Positions 39,873 to 48,406 of a stretch of DNA of 64,000 bases are shown here, piece by piece. The stretch's first letter is position 1. Each line of letters opens with the position of its first letter. The notes under the pieces were generated by a model, which did no database searches, was not told where the DNA came from, and worked only from the letters and a program-made list of their open reading frames with translations. The DNA is from an uncultured SAR116 cluster alpha proteobacterium (GTDB lineage: Bacteria; Pseudomonadota; Alphaproteobacteria; Puniceispirillales; Puniceispirillaceae): contig CACNQE010000008.1 of the NCBI GenBank assembly GCA_902622515.1, positions 15,509 through 79,508 of the forward strand, given 5' to 3'. Position numbers and translations under genes: made by a program.

Positions 39873-40700
39873 ATGAGTGATTTATTAAATGATAAGCAGC
39901 AACGCACATTAATAACCTCCGCCAGTAATCAGGAAATAAAAAGATTACGCTCATTGCATGAACGAAAATATCGTAAACAGACGGGCTGGTTTCTAGCAGA
40001 GGGCTTGCGTATCTGCACAGAAGCATTGCAACAGGGTTTTGCTCCAAAAAGACTACTCTATCAGGAAGATCGAAATAGAGATCCCTTGATATCGAACTTA
40101 ATTTCTGCATGTGAGAAGGAAGGTGGCCGTGTACTACCTGTCACTCGCTCATTATTGGTAAAGGTAAGTAATAAAGATAATCCACAAACTGTGATCGGCG
40201 CTTATGCACAATTTACCACAAATTTTTCTAATATTATAAAGGAAAAAATGAGATGTTGGGTAGCACTTGACAGGATACGTGACCCGGGAAATTTAGGTAC
40301 TATCATCCGTACGATAGATGCTGTAGCTGCAGATGGAGTCATTTTAATTGATAATTGTACTGACCCGTTTTCGATTGAGTCTGTGCGAGCCTCAATGGGT
40401 TCTATTTTTAGCCTAAAAATAAGTTATTGCAATACAAATGATTTTCTTGCTTTTAGAAAAAAATTTCCTGGAAAAATAATTGGTACTTCCTTGAAATCTG
40501 ATATTGATTATAAAACTGCAGACTGGAAAAGCCCTTGTGTAATCCTTATGGGAAACGAGCAATCGGGATTATCGGATAAATTAGGTGATGCATGTGACCA
40601 ACTTATAACCATGCCAATGCGTGGCCGGTCTGATAGCTTAAATTTGGCAGTAGCAACAGGGATTTCTTTGTATGAGTTTTTGCGGCATGAAGCTAATTAG
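39873..40700 (+). CDS. TrmH/SpoU-family RNA 2'-O-methyltransferase
   Basis: DRIRDPGNLGTIIRT, ILMGNEQSGLS and ITMPMRGRSDSLNLAVATGISLYE. I chose the start MSDLLND at 39873. The track start at 39828 adds an implausible leader. Confidence 0.8.
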   Translation: MSDLLNDKQQRTLITSASNQEIKRLRSLHERKYRKQTGWFLAEGLRICTEALQQGFAPKRLLYQEDRNRDPLISNLISACEKEGGRVLPVTRSLLVKVSNKDNPQTVIGAYAQFTTNFSNIIKEKMRCWVALDRIRDPGNLGTIIRTIDAVAADGVILIDNCTDPFSIESVRASMGSIFSLKISYCNTNDFLAFRKKFPGKIIGTSLKSDIDYKTADWKSPCVILMGNEQSGLSDKLGDACDQLITMPMRGRSDSLNLAVATGISLYEFLRHEAN

Positions 40701-40735
40701 AATTGCTTGTGAGCAAAAAATTTAAAATCTGGATT

Positions 40736-41644
40736 TTATTCCCGTAGACCATACCATCTTGTGTATAGTGCTTGTCCTATAGCTCTAGGTTTGACATTTG
40801 ATATTGTGTCATCTTCCATAATAAAAATCTCTCCAGATGTTATCTGTCCTAACTTAGTGGAAAAACTATTTGCTATTGCCGAATGTACAGAAATTATGGA
40901 CATTCTTACCGCATAAATAGTGGTAACTAAAAACAAAGGTGAATTAGAAATTAAACTTGTGCAGTCGGATAAAAGGTCTGGGAGATTTTTGTGTAGTTGC
41001 CAAACTTCTCCTTTTGGACCTCTACCATATTTTGGTGGGTCGAGTATAATCCCGTCATATGATTTGCCACGTCTAATTTCACGCTGAACGAATTGAATAG
41101 CATCCTCAGTAATAAAACGAATTGGAGCATCAATTAAGTTGCTCAGTTCTCTATTATTAAAGGCAAGCTGAATTGCTTTTTTGCTTGCGTCGATGTGAGT
41201 GACTTCCGCCCCTGCGCGTGCGGCATGTAGGCTTCCAATCCCAGAATATGCAAATAGATTTAGTATTCTTGGGGCACGAGCATGAATTTCTCTAAATATT
41301 TTGATTTTATCAGCACACCATTGCCAATGTACGGATTGTTCTGGAAAGAACCCTAAGTGCCTAAATGATGTTGGCATAGCAAAAAAATGGATATCTTCGA
41401 AATGCATATGCCAGTTCTCTGGGAGCGAAGCTTTCAATTTCCATTTACCACCTTTTTCTGATGCGATAAAATGACCATCAGCTGATTGCCATTCTGCTTT
41501 TTGTAGTCTTGGTGACCATAATGCCTGTGCCTCTGGCCTAACAAAGCGATAGGGGCCAAACTGCTCTAATTTCTCTCCATTACCTGAGTCGATTAATTGG
41601 TAATCTTTCCATCCTGTGGGATGAAGATGTTCCGAGATATTCAT
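40736..41644 (-). CDS. Class I SAM-dependent (RlmI/YccW-like, PF10672-type) RNA methyltransferase
   Basis: ILNLFAYSGIGSL (SAM-binding), ILDPPKYGRGPKGEVW and the FLVTT motif. I chose the start MNISEH at 41644. Confidence 0.7.
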   Translation of the reverse strand: MNISEHLHPTGWKDYQLIDSGNGEKLEQFGPYRFVRPEAQALWSPRLQKAEWQSADGHFIASEKGGKWKLKASLPENWHMHFEDIHFFAMPTSFRHLGFFPEQSVHWQWCADKIKIFREIHARAPRILNLFAYSGIGSLHAARAGAEVTHIDASKKAIQLAFNNRELSNLIDAPIRFITEDAIQFVQREIRRGKSYDGIILDPPKYGRGPKGEVWQLHKNLPDLLSDCTSLISNSPLFLVTTIYAVRMSIISVHSAIANSFSTKLGQITSGEIFIMEDDTISNVKPRAIGQALYTRWYGLRE

Positions 41645-41810
41645 TCCTGACATTAACATAATCAGCAGTGTGACGAACAAAAAGGTAAGTTACAACCCAA
41701 ATATTTATGAAAGTATTTAACTTTATTTGGATAAAATTTAAGGTGAATAAAACAATTTATTTCCTATAATCAAAATTATAAATTTTCATAAAAAATATGG
41801 AGGCTGAAGA

Positions 41811-42269
41811 ATGGACAATATAGATAAAAAAATTCTTACCTTATTACAACAAAATTCGACACAGCCTTTAGCAGATATAGCTCGAAAAGTTGGTTTATCA
41901 CTTACACCATGTTGGCGACGGGTTCAAAAGCTTGAGGAAGACGGGATTATAAGAGGTCGTGTAGCATTACTTGATGCAGAACGGTTAGGTTTAGGAATGA
42001 GTGTTTTTGTTGCTATAAAAATAAATGAGCATTCATCAGAATGGCTAAAAAACTTTGCGATAAAAATTTCTGGATATGATGAGGTAGTTGAGTTTTACCG
42101 AATGTCTGGAGATGTAGATTATATGTTGAGAGTTGTTGTTAAAAATATGTCAGCTTATGATCAATTTTATAAAAAGTTAATTTCAGATGTGTCTCTTAAG
42201 GATGTAAGTTCTTCTTTCGCGATGGAGGAGATAAAATATACCACATCTTTACCTATCAATCATTTATAA
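41811..42269 (+). CDS. Lrp/AsnC-family transcriptional regulator
   Basis: DNIDKKILTLLQQNS...LADIARKVGLSLTPCWRRVQKLEEDGII plus an AsnC_trans_reg C-terminal domain. Confidence 0.85.
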   Translation: MDNIDKKILTLLQQNSTQPLADIARKVGLSLTPCWRRVQKLEEDGIIRGRVALLDAERLGLGMSVFVAIKINEHSSEWLKNFAIKISGYDEVVEFYRMSGDVDYMLRVVVKNMSAYDQFYKKLISDVSLKDVSSSFAMEEIKYTTSLPINHL

Positions 42270-42283
42270 ATATTAACTTAAAT

Positions 42284-43294
42284 CTAATTAAGTACTTTAA
42301 TGATATTTAGTAAATTTTCCGTAAAAACCTCTTTTGAAAATCGTTCATCATACACAGCTTGTCTGGCTCTCTGCTGATATTTATTCCTTTCCCTCGGGTT
42401 TTGTATAAGTATTTTCAGACGGTCCACCATCTCGTCGATATTTGATGGTTCAAAAAAAAGTGCATCTTCAATACTTTGACAAATCCATAAAGGGCCATTT
42501 GTGCGTGTTGCTACAATGGCAACACCATATTGCATAATTTCAGGTAGTATATAGCCAAATGGTTCATCAAGAGAGGGAAGACAGAAAATATCTAAAAAGG
42601 GGGCAAATTCTTTAATGTCAATCCAACCTGTAAATCGGACTGGATTGCCTTTGCTTTTTGAGAATGCCAGGAGACTTTTTGATAACGGCCCATCACCAGC
42701 AAGTACAAATTCAACTTCGGGGAATTCTTTGCGAACTCTCGCGGCAGCATCAATGAATGTTTTGAAGCCTTTTTTTTCAACAAACCTTCCTGCAGCTCCT
42801 ATGGTAATCTTTTGACCTATCTTATCGCTGTGAGTAATTTTTTTTTGAGGTTCAAAATAATGAGATAACAGATGAATACTATTTTCACATCTACCAATTT
42901 CTTTCGCTTTTTGAACCGCATTTGGTGTAAGACAAATTAAATTGTCTGCGTAATCAAACTGCTCTGGTTTGTCGTTGTGACAAATACCGATAACACTATC
43001 ACTGTATTTTTTTATACTTCTGCACATGAAGCCATTATGAACAAAAGAAATGTTAAATAATTGATTATTAAAATTATTGACAGAAAACAATAAGTTCCTT
43101 CGGATAAGGGTTTTTTGAAGCCATGACAATTTTATATGATTCGCGTTATCGCCATCTTTGTTTGTATATAAATAATTAGGGGTAAAGTAAAAATTTTCAA
43201 ATTCAGAAAGGGGTGCTAGAGCGGCAACATAGTTTTTATAGGCTTTTTGAATTCCACCTGGCTTGTTATCACTTGTAACATGGAGAATCTTCAT
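42284..43294 (-). CDS. GT4 (group 1) glycosyltransferase
   Basis: GT-B fold signatures: MKILHVT...GG at the N-terminus, and the EX7E-type motif EPFGYILPEIMQYGVAIVATRTNG in the C-terminal half. Confidence 0.8.
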   Translation of the reverse strand: MKILHVTSDNKPGGIQKAYKNYVAALAPLSEFENFYFTPNYLYTNKDGDNANHIKLSWLQKTLIRRNLLFSVNNFNNQLFNISFVHNGFMCRSIKKYSDSVIGICHNDKPEQFDYADNLICLTPNAVQKAKEIGRCENSIHLLSHYFEPQKKITHSDKIGQKITIGAAGRFVEKKGFKTFIDAAARVRKEFPEVEFVLAGDGPLSKSLLAFSKSKGNPVRFTGWIDIKEFAPFLDIFCLPSLDEPFGYILPEIMQYGVAIVATRTNGPLWICQSIEDALFFEPSNIDEMVDRLKILIQNPRERNKYQQRARQAVYDERFSKEVFTENLLNIIKVLN

Positions 43295-43312
43295 AAGCGT
43301 CTCTTTCTTGGT

Positions 43313-44218
43313 TTAAGCATATAACAGTACAATAACAATTGAAATACCAAGGATGCTTATACCAATTAACTCAAGAAGAGTAATTTTTTCTTTTAAAAAA
43401 AGCCACGAAAACAAAATCGATATAATCAACTCAATTTGTCCTATTGCACGCACTGCCCCAAGGTGAAACATTGCAAATGCGTAAAACCATGCTGTAGAGG
43501 AAATAACAGCAGTAATGCCGATAAAAAAACCAATTTTCCAATTTGCGAGGCAAAGCATTAATTGTCCTGGTTCCTTAAAAACAAGGTAGCTTCCGAGAAT
43601 GATTGTTTGCAGTGAAATTGATATTGCCGCTGTAAAACTAGCATTAATAACTAGTAAATCACTATTTAAAAGTATTGTTGCTTTAAAATAAAAAATATTG
43701 GCCAAAGCAAGAGCAGCTCCAGCACCGATACCCAAGAAATGGTGGGGGGAAAAGAATAAATGACTTTTAACACCATTTTTAAACTCAATTTTTTGATAGC
43801 TTAAAAGAGCAACACCAATTAGTCCCATTGCGATCGCTCCTATAATCGAAAAGCTTGCTATATAACCAATTATTATAGCTTCTAATATAGCAGTCTGAAG
43901 AATCTCTGTTTTTGAAAGAGCAATACCAATAGCGTAGTTACGATAATTGAACATCATGATCAACAAAATCGTAAATATAATTTGAAGAATTCCAGCTAGC
44001 CCAACAAAAGCAATAAATAAAAAGGATATATTTGGCAACCTATTGCCAGTCATTAAGCAAATTGTAAAGACCCAGAGCCAAGTAAAGGTAATACCGTAGA
44101 TGAAGCGGCTAAAACTTGCACCCAACTCACCTACATGAGGGATTAATAATTTTTGACACACAGTTCGCAACGATTGGGCAATTGCTGCGATTATTGCTAT
44201 GACGGCCCATAATTCCAT
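43313..44218 (-). CDS. EamA/DMT-superfamily transporter
   Basis: Ten predicted TM helices in two similar halves, of EamA-type size (301 aa). Substrate unknown. Confidence 0.7.
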   Translation of the reverse strand: MELWAVIAIIAAIAQSLRTVCQKLLIPHVGELGASFSRFIYGITFTWLWVFTICLMTGNRLPNISFLFIAFVGLAGILQIIFTILLIMMFNYRNYAIGIALSKTEILQTAILEAIIIGYIASFSIIGAIAMGLIGVALLSYQKIEFKNGVKSHLFFSPHHFLGIGAGAALALANIFYFKATILLNSDLLVINASFTAAISISLQTIILGSYLVFKEPGQLMLCLANWKIGFFIGITAVISSTAWFYAFAMFHLGAVRAIGQIELIISILFSWLFLKEKITLLELIGISILGISIVIVLLYA

Positions 44219-44272
44219 TAAGAATTTTTAGTTCATCAATCTTAATAAATCTAGGATTTAGTTTTATGCTTA

Positions 44273-44860
44273 TTAGGTATCATTTTTTGGACTTACTGCC
44301 ACTTCACTTAGATCAAGAACTTTATTTTTTCTCTCTATTTTATGCCCTATTATATCTTGAATAACGTTATCTAACTTTTGCGAGACAACCTGGTTCAATA
44401 GAAGTTCAATAAATTGTTTTGTTTCAGATGATAAAACAAATTCAGAATTAACCCCCTTGTTATTTTGAGGACTGGAGAAAGTTTTTATTTTCTGTGTGTC
44501 ATTTTTCGATATATCTTCTTTTGCATTGGAAATAGCGGATCTAATATCACTTAATAAGGTATTTACTTTTTCTGGCTCTGTTTTGTCAAATTTGGAAATT
44601 ATTACGCTTTTACCCTCTATTTTTTCTTTTAATAAAGCGATTTCAGCATCTTTAAGGTATAATTTAAGTTTATTAATCTGGTTAATAATCGCTATATTTG
44701 GCTCAAGATCTTCCAAGGTTTTCGTTTGAGACAACAAATCATTGTTTTGTTTTTTAGGTAGTTTTTGGTTTATAACTGTTGCATCTGAAACCAGAGCTTC
44801 GATTGAAGCAATTTTTCTCAAACTTTTTAAATTTTTAAATATTTGTTCCTGGTTGGTCAT
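44273..44860 (-). CDS. Soluble K/N/E-rich protein with coiled-coil character; possible divergent PopZ (DUF2497-like)
   Basis: The N-terminal helix EQIFKNLKSLRKIASIE resembles the PopZ MEEILASIRRIISED motif. The C-terminal FIELLLNQVVSQKLDNVIQDIIGHKIERK resembles the PopZ/DUF2497 motif VRELLRPLLKEWLD.NLP.IVE..V.EE..RI. There is no TM helix or signal peptide. That it is coding is likely; the functional call is tentative. Confidence 0.4.
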   Translation of the reverse strand: MTNQEQIFKNLKSLRKIASIEALVSDATVINQKLPKKQNNDLLSQTKTLEDLEPNIAIINQINKLKLYLKDAEIALLKEKIEGKSVIISKFDKTEPEKVNTLLSDIRSAISNAKEDISKNDTQKIKTFSSPQNNKGVNSEFVLSSETKQFIELLLNQVVSQKLDNVIQDIIGHKIERKNKVLDLSEVAVSPKNDT

Positions 44861-45025
44861 AATTTTGTCTCTATAAAATATATTTCAATAATAATATTAT
44901 TAACTATATTTGACTAGGTAAAAATTTGTTATTTTATGAGATAGTTCTCTCTCGTTGTTAATGAGATATTGTTGACTTATAACTTCGCTAAGAATTTTAA
45001 GCAAACGTGATAAACAGGAGTATCT

Positions 45026-47128
45026 ATGTCGTTTATATCTATGATTGTTAAGTGGCATGAAAAATTGTTCCAAAATGGCCTATTTACTCAAAAAGCTACT
45101 TCATTGACTGTGACTTTCGCAATTATTCTAGGTATTATAGCCACATATATGAATTTTCAGGCTAGGCAAATTAATTGGCATTTGTGGGAACAAAATAAAG
45201 AAGAATTTTTTTATAAAGATACTCCACTATTTACAACAATGGATGCAGGTTATTTTTTGGGTATAGCTGGTTATCTTAAATCTGAAAAAACAATGGATGA
45301 ATATCAATCGCTGCGTGTATTTCCTAAAAATCAAATTAATGAAAAACAGCAAAATTCTTCCAAGCTATCCGCTCCTTTATTGTCAAAACTGATTGCTTAT
45401 TTTGCAAAAGATACAAGTCCGCAAGCATTGTTAACAGTGGGTAATAAAATGCTCCCTTACACTGCAGCCATCACAGCAATTTCTATTTTTATAGCATTTG
45501 GCGTAACAGGATATTGGATGGAGGGGTCGGTTGCAGCTGCTGGAGGTGGTTTATCAATAGCATATTATTGGCGTTCAGCTATCGGCAGAATAGATACGGA
45601 TCAATTAAACCTCGGAATGATGTATTTTATGTTCGCAATGGTTTTGTGTGCTGGGAAATCGAAGCAATTAAAATGGGGTATCCTCTTCACACTTTTAGCT
45701 GGATTGTCAGCGAGGTTATTTATGGCTTGGTATGGTAAATCAGAACTTATAATAATGGCATCAATATGCCTATGTTGGCTACTTATAATAAACACAAGAG
45801 ATTGGCGCAGTGTTATTGGGTGTTTGTTTGTCTTTATTCTAGTGTCAGGCGTTGAAGTTATTAATCCTTTTGATTCAGATTATCTTAAAACGAATTTAGT
45901 TTCACATGAATTTATTTTCAATAATGTATTGTCCACGGTGACGGAAATTTCAAAGACATCATTTTCTGAAATATTATATCGAATGACGGGTTCCGTTTTT
46001 GTGGGTAGTTTTTGTCTGTTTGGTATGATTTTTTGGGCAATTAGACATCCGAGTTTAGCGGTAGCATATGCGCCTCTTGCTGGCTTTGCAATATTTTCAG
46101 TAATATTAGGAAACCGAGCATTGTTTTATTCAGCTCCTTTTTTCTGGTTTGGAGGTGCTTATATTGTTGTATTGGCTACAAAATCCATAGCCTTTTTATT
46201 TTTATCTAGGTTTGAAGACTCCAGACAAATAGTAAGTACCTTGGCATCTTCGGTTGCCTGCTCTATTTTGTTAGTTTTTATATGGATTCAGGGCCCTGTT
46301 AATCAGTTAGCAAAACCATCAATTCCCTCTCCCATAATTAAAGCAATGGCTGAATTAAAGTTTATAGCAGGTCAAGAAAAGAGTGTTTTAGCAAGTTGGT
46401 GGGACTATGGGTATGCTTCAATGCTTATGAATGGAATACCAACATTTACAGATCCCGGAACACACCGTAGTAATTCCAATTACTTTATTGCTGACGTATT
46501 GCTATCAAATAACCAGAATTATTCTGCAGATACGCTCAGATTTCTCGCGAGAGGCGGATTAATAAATTTGAAAATACCCATCGAAAACAGAGCAGAACTA
46601 ACAAAGATTATGTTTTCAGAAAGAAATAAGGAGGCTCCAACAGTTTATCTTATGCTAACAAACCAAATGACTGATTGGATGCCATCTATCTCAAAAATCG
46701 GAAGGTGGGATATAGATTTGGGCGTTCCTATATTAGCAAAGGGTCATAAACCTGGACAGCAATTAGCGTATAATTTTTTAAATTGTGTAGATACAGAAAT
46801 ACCAGGAAAATTTAGATGCAATAACACAATTATTGATCTCAAAGAAGGAAAAATAAATGGAAACGCTGTTCTAAATTTAGTGGCTGAAGCCCATGGAGGA
46901 AAACTTATTGGAAGTAGGGTTTTTGACCAGAACCAATTGAATATGTTTCAAATTATGAAAGATGAAAATGGAAAATCAGCAAAAGTAGCTGTCCTTCATA
47001 AAGACCTATTTTTTAGCAGTTTTAATCAGATGTTTCATCTAGGGAGATTTGACTCAAAAAATTTTAAATTAGTTTATGATGGATACCCCCATGTTCGAAT
47101 ATTCAAATTATTGCCTGTATCCAAATAG
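45026..47128 (+). CDS. STT3/PglB-family oligosaccharyltransferase (GT-C, 700 aa)
   Basis: About 13 TM helices plus a ~240-aa periplasmic domain. Motifs: TTMDAGYF (EL1 Asp, nt 45242-45244), GRIDTDQL (DxD, nt 45593-45601), STVTEIS (TIXE-type EL5 motif, nt 45935-45946), NRALFYSAP (conserved Arg), WWDYGY (aa 458-463, nt 46397-46414) and TVYLMLTNQMTDWMPSI (MxxI-type motif, nt 46679-46690). The spacing closely matches Campylobacter PglB. Confidence 0.8.
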   Translation: MSFISMIVKWHEKLFQNGLFTQKATSLTVTFAIILGIIATYMNFQARQINWHLWEQNKEEFFYKDTPLFTTMDAGYFLGIAGYLKSEKTMDEYQSLRVFPKNQINEKQQNSSKLSAPLLSKLIAYFAKDTSPQALLTVGNKMLPYTAAITAISIFIAFGVTGYWMEGSVAAAGGGLSIAYYWRSAIGRIDTDQLNLGMMYFMFAMVLCAGKSKQLKWGILFTLLAGLSARLFMAWYGKSELIIMASICLCWLLIINTRDWRSVIGCLFVFILVSGVEVINPFDSDYLKTNLVSHEFIFNNVLSTVTEISKTSFSEILYRMTGSVFVGSFCLFGMIFWAIRHPSLAVAYAPLAGFAIFSVILGNRALFYSAPFFWFGGAYIVVLATKSIAFLFLSRFEDSRQIVSTLASSVACSILLVFIWIQGPVNQLAKPSIPSPIIKAMAELKFIAGQEKSVLASWWDYGYASMLMNGIPTFTDPGTHRSNSNYFIADVLLSNNQNYSADTLRFLARGGLINLKIPIENRAELTKIMFSERNKEAPTVYLMLTNQMTDWMPSISKIGRWDIDLGVPILAKGHKPGQQLAYNFLNCVDTEIPGKFRCNNTIIDLKEGKINGNAVLNLVAEAHGGKLIGSRVFDQNQLNMFQIMKDENGKSAKVAVLHKDLFFSSFNQMFHLGRFDSKNFKLVYDGYPHVRIFKLLPVSK

Positions 47129-47233
47129 ATAAAAATCTTACTATTGCATTTATTTGGTGATTTTAGTGTGTTCAATATAAATGTTAGGATATAGGTATCG
47201 ATTACCTTTAGCAGGATGTATGATAATAAAAAT

Positions 47234-47310
47234 GGCCCCGTAGCTCATCAGGATAGAGCGCGAGATTCCTAATCTCGAGGCAACAGGTTCGAGTCCTGTC
47301 GGGGTCACCA
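47234..47310 (+). tRNA. tRNA-Arg (anticodon CCT), CCA encoded
   Basis: The hand-folded cloverleaf is GGCCCCG-TA-GCTC-ATCAGGATA-GAGC-G-CGAGA-TTCCTAA-TCTCG-AGGCA-ACAGG-TTCGAGT-CCTGT-CGGGGTC-A-CCA, 77 nt. All stems pair, with one G-U pair in the acceptor stem. Confidence 0.9.
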
Positions 47311-47341
47311 CAAACATAACAGTTTAGCGTCTTTGATAAGT

Positions 47342-48148
47342 TTATTTTGAGGTTGGAATAAAAACTTTTTGTCCGTCTATGTTGAACAGTCCTATTGTTT
47401 TTTGTCCTTTATATGAAGTGAGCCAGTTGATGAATGATTGACCCTCTGCAGATTTTACACTTGGGCATTTATTTTTATCGATAAGCATAACGCCATAAGG
47501 ATTGAATAAATGGCTATCCCCCTCGAGCAAAACGCCATGATCATATTTGTTAGAAAATGAGTACCAACTAGCTCTATCAACAAGCGTATATGAATTAGTA
47601 TCAATCGTAATATTTAGTGTTTTTCCCATGCCAGAGCCGGTCTCAAGATACCATTTACCAGACTCATTTACTGGATCTAAACCAATTTTCTTCCATATTG
47701 AAAGCTCCTTGGTGTGCGTGCCTGAGCCATCGCTTCTTGATGCAAATTTTGCACCTGAGGTAGCTATTTTAGCAAATGCTAAACCGACATCTTGCATTCC
47801 AGAAATGCCAGCTGGATCTGCAACTGGACCAACTATAACAAAGTCATTATGCATAATATTATAGCGTTTTCTTGAGAAACCATCTGCAATAAACTTTTGT
47901 TCATCTTCTGGACTATGCACGAGCAGAACGTCACCGTCACAATTGCGAGCATTTTTTATTGCTGCACCCGTTCCAACAGCAACTACGTTAACCTTTATCC
48001 CTGAGTCCGCCGTGAAAAGTGGAAGAATAAAATCATAGAAGCCAGAATTTTTGGTTGAAGTTGTTGATTGAACTAATATGGATTTATCCGAAGCTGATAA
48101 AACTGTTGGTATTAAAATCAATAGAATAAGGTAAGCGATTAAATTCAT
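47342..48148 (-). CDS. Periplasmic oxyanion-binding protein, TupA-like (tungstate/molybdate-type PBP), orphan
   Basis: Signal peptide, then ILVQSTTSTKNSGFYDFILPLF and VVAVGTGAAIKNARNCDGDVLLVHSP, resembling the TupA TTTS...G anion-binding motif. No permease or ATPase gene is adjacent. Confidence 0.6.
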   Translation of the reverse strand: MNLIAYLILLILIPTVLSASDKSILVQSTTSTKNSGFYDFILPLFTADSGIKVNVVAVGTGAAIKNARNCDGDVLLVHSPEDEQKFIADGFSRKRYNIMHNDFVIVGPVADPAGISGMQDVGLAFAKIATSGAKFASRSDGSGTHTKELSIWKKIGLDPVNESGKWYLETGSGMGKTLNITIDTNSYTLVDRASWYSFSNKYDHGVLLEGDSHLFNPYGVMLIDKNKCPSVKSAEGQSFINWLTSYKGQKTIGLFNIDGQKVFIPTSK

Positions 48149-48406
48149 TTATTTTTTATCTTCAAATAATGAAAATTATCATAAAATAACATTAAAAGAA
48201 TAATCAACTGAAATCTTTTAAGCAGGATATTATGAATATTAATTATATGTTTCAACTACAAAATTATGTAGTCAAATTTGCAGGAGTAAGTAGAATTAGA
48301 CTATAATTTTGTTCACAAGTTGCATATAGCAATTATAGGCAAAAATAATATCCAATTTTTATATAATTTAATAAAGTTTGCCAAATAGATGGGTTAAGCG
48401 AGTTTT

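Noticed and set aside
42766-42846. Homopolymeric A/T tracts (T8 at ~42767-42774, T9 at ~42838-42846) in the GT4 glycosyltransferase gene as possible phase-variation switches
   Set aside because: Comparable A/T runs of 8-9 nt occur in housekeeping genes here, for example the EVE gene near 2086-2093 and the acyl-CoA ligase near 55323-55331. They encode Lys/Phe runs as expected in an AT-rich genome, so there is no evidence of specific enrichment.
47129-47341. Integrative mobile element at tRNA-Arg (integrase, att repeats)
   Set aside because: No integrase, recombinase or transposase ORF occurs on either side, and I could not find a second copy of the tRNA 3' end in the window. I report only compositional and contextual hints of an island, not a mobile element.
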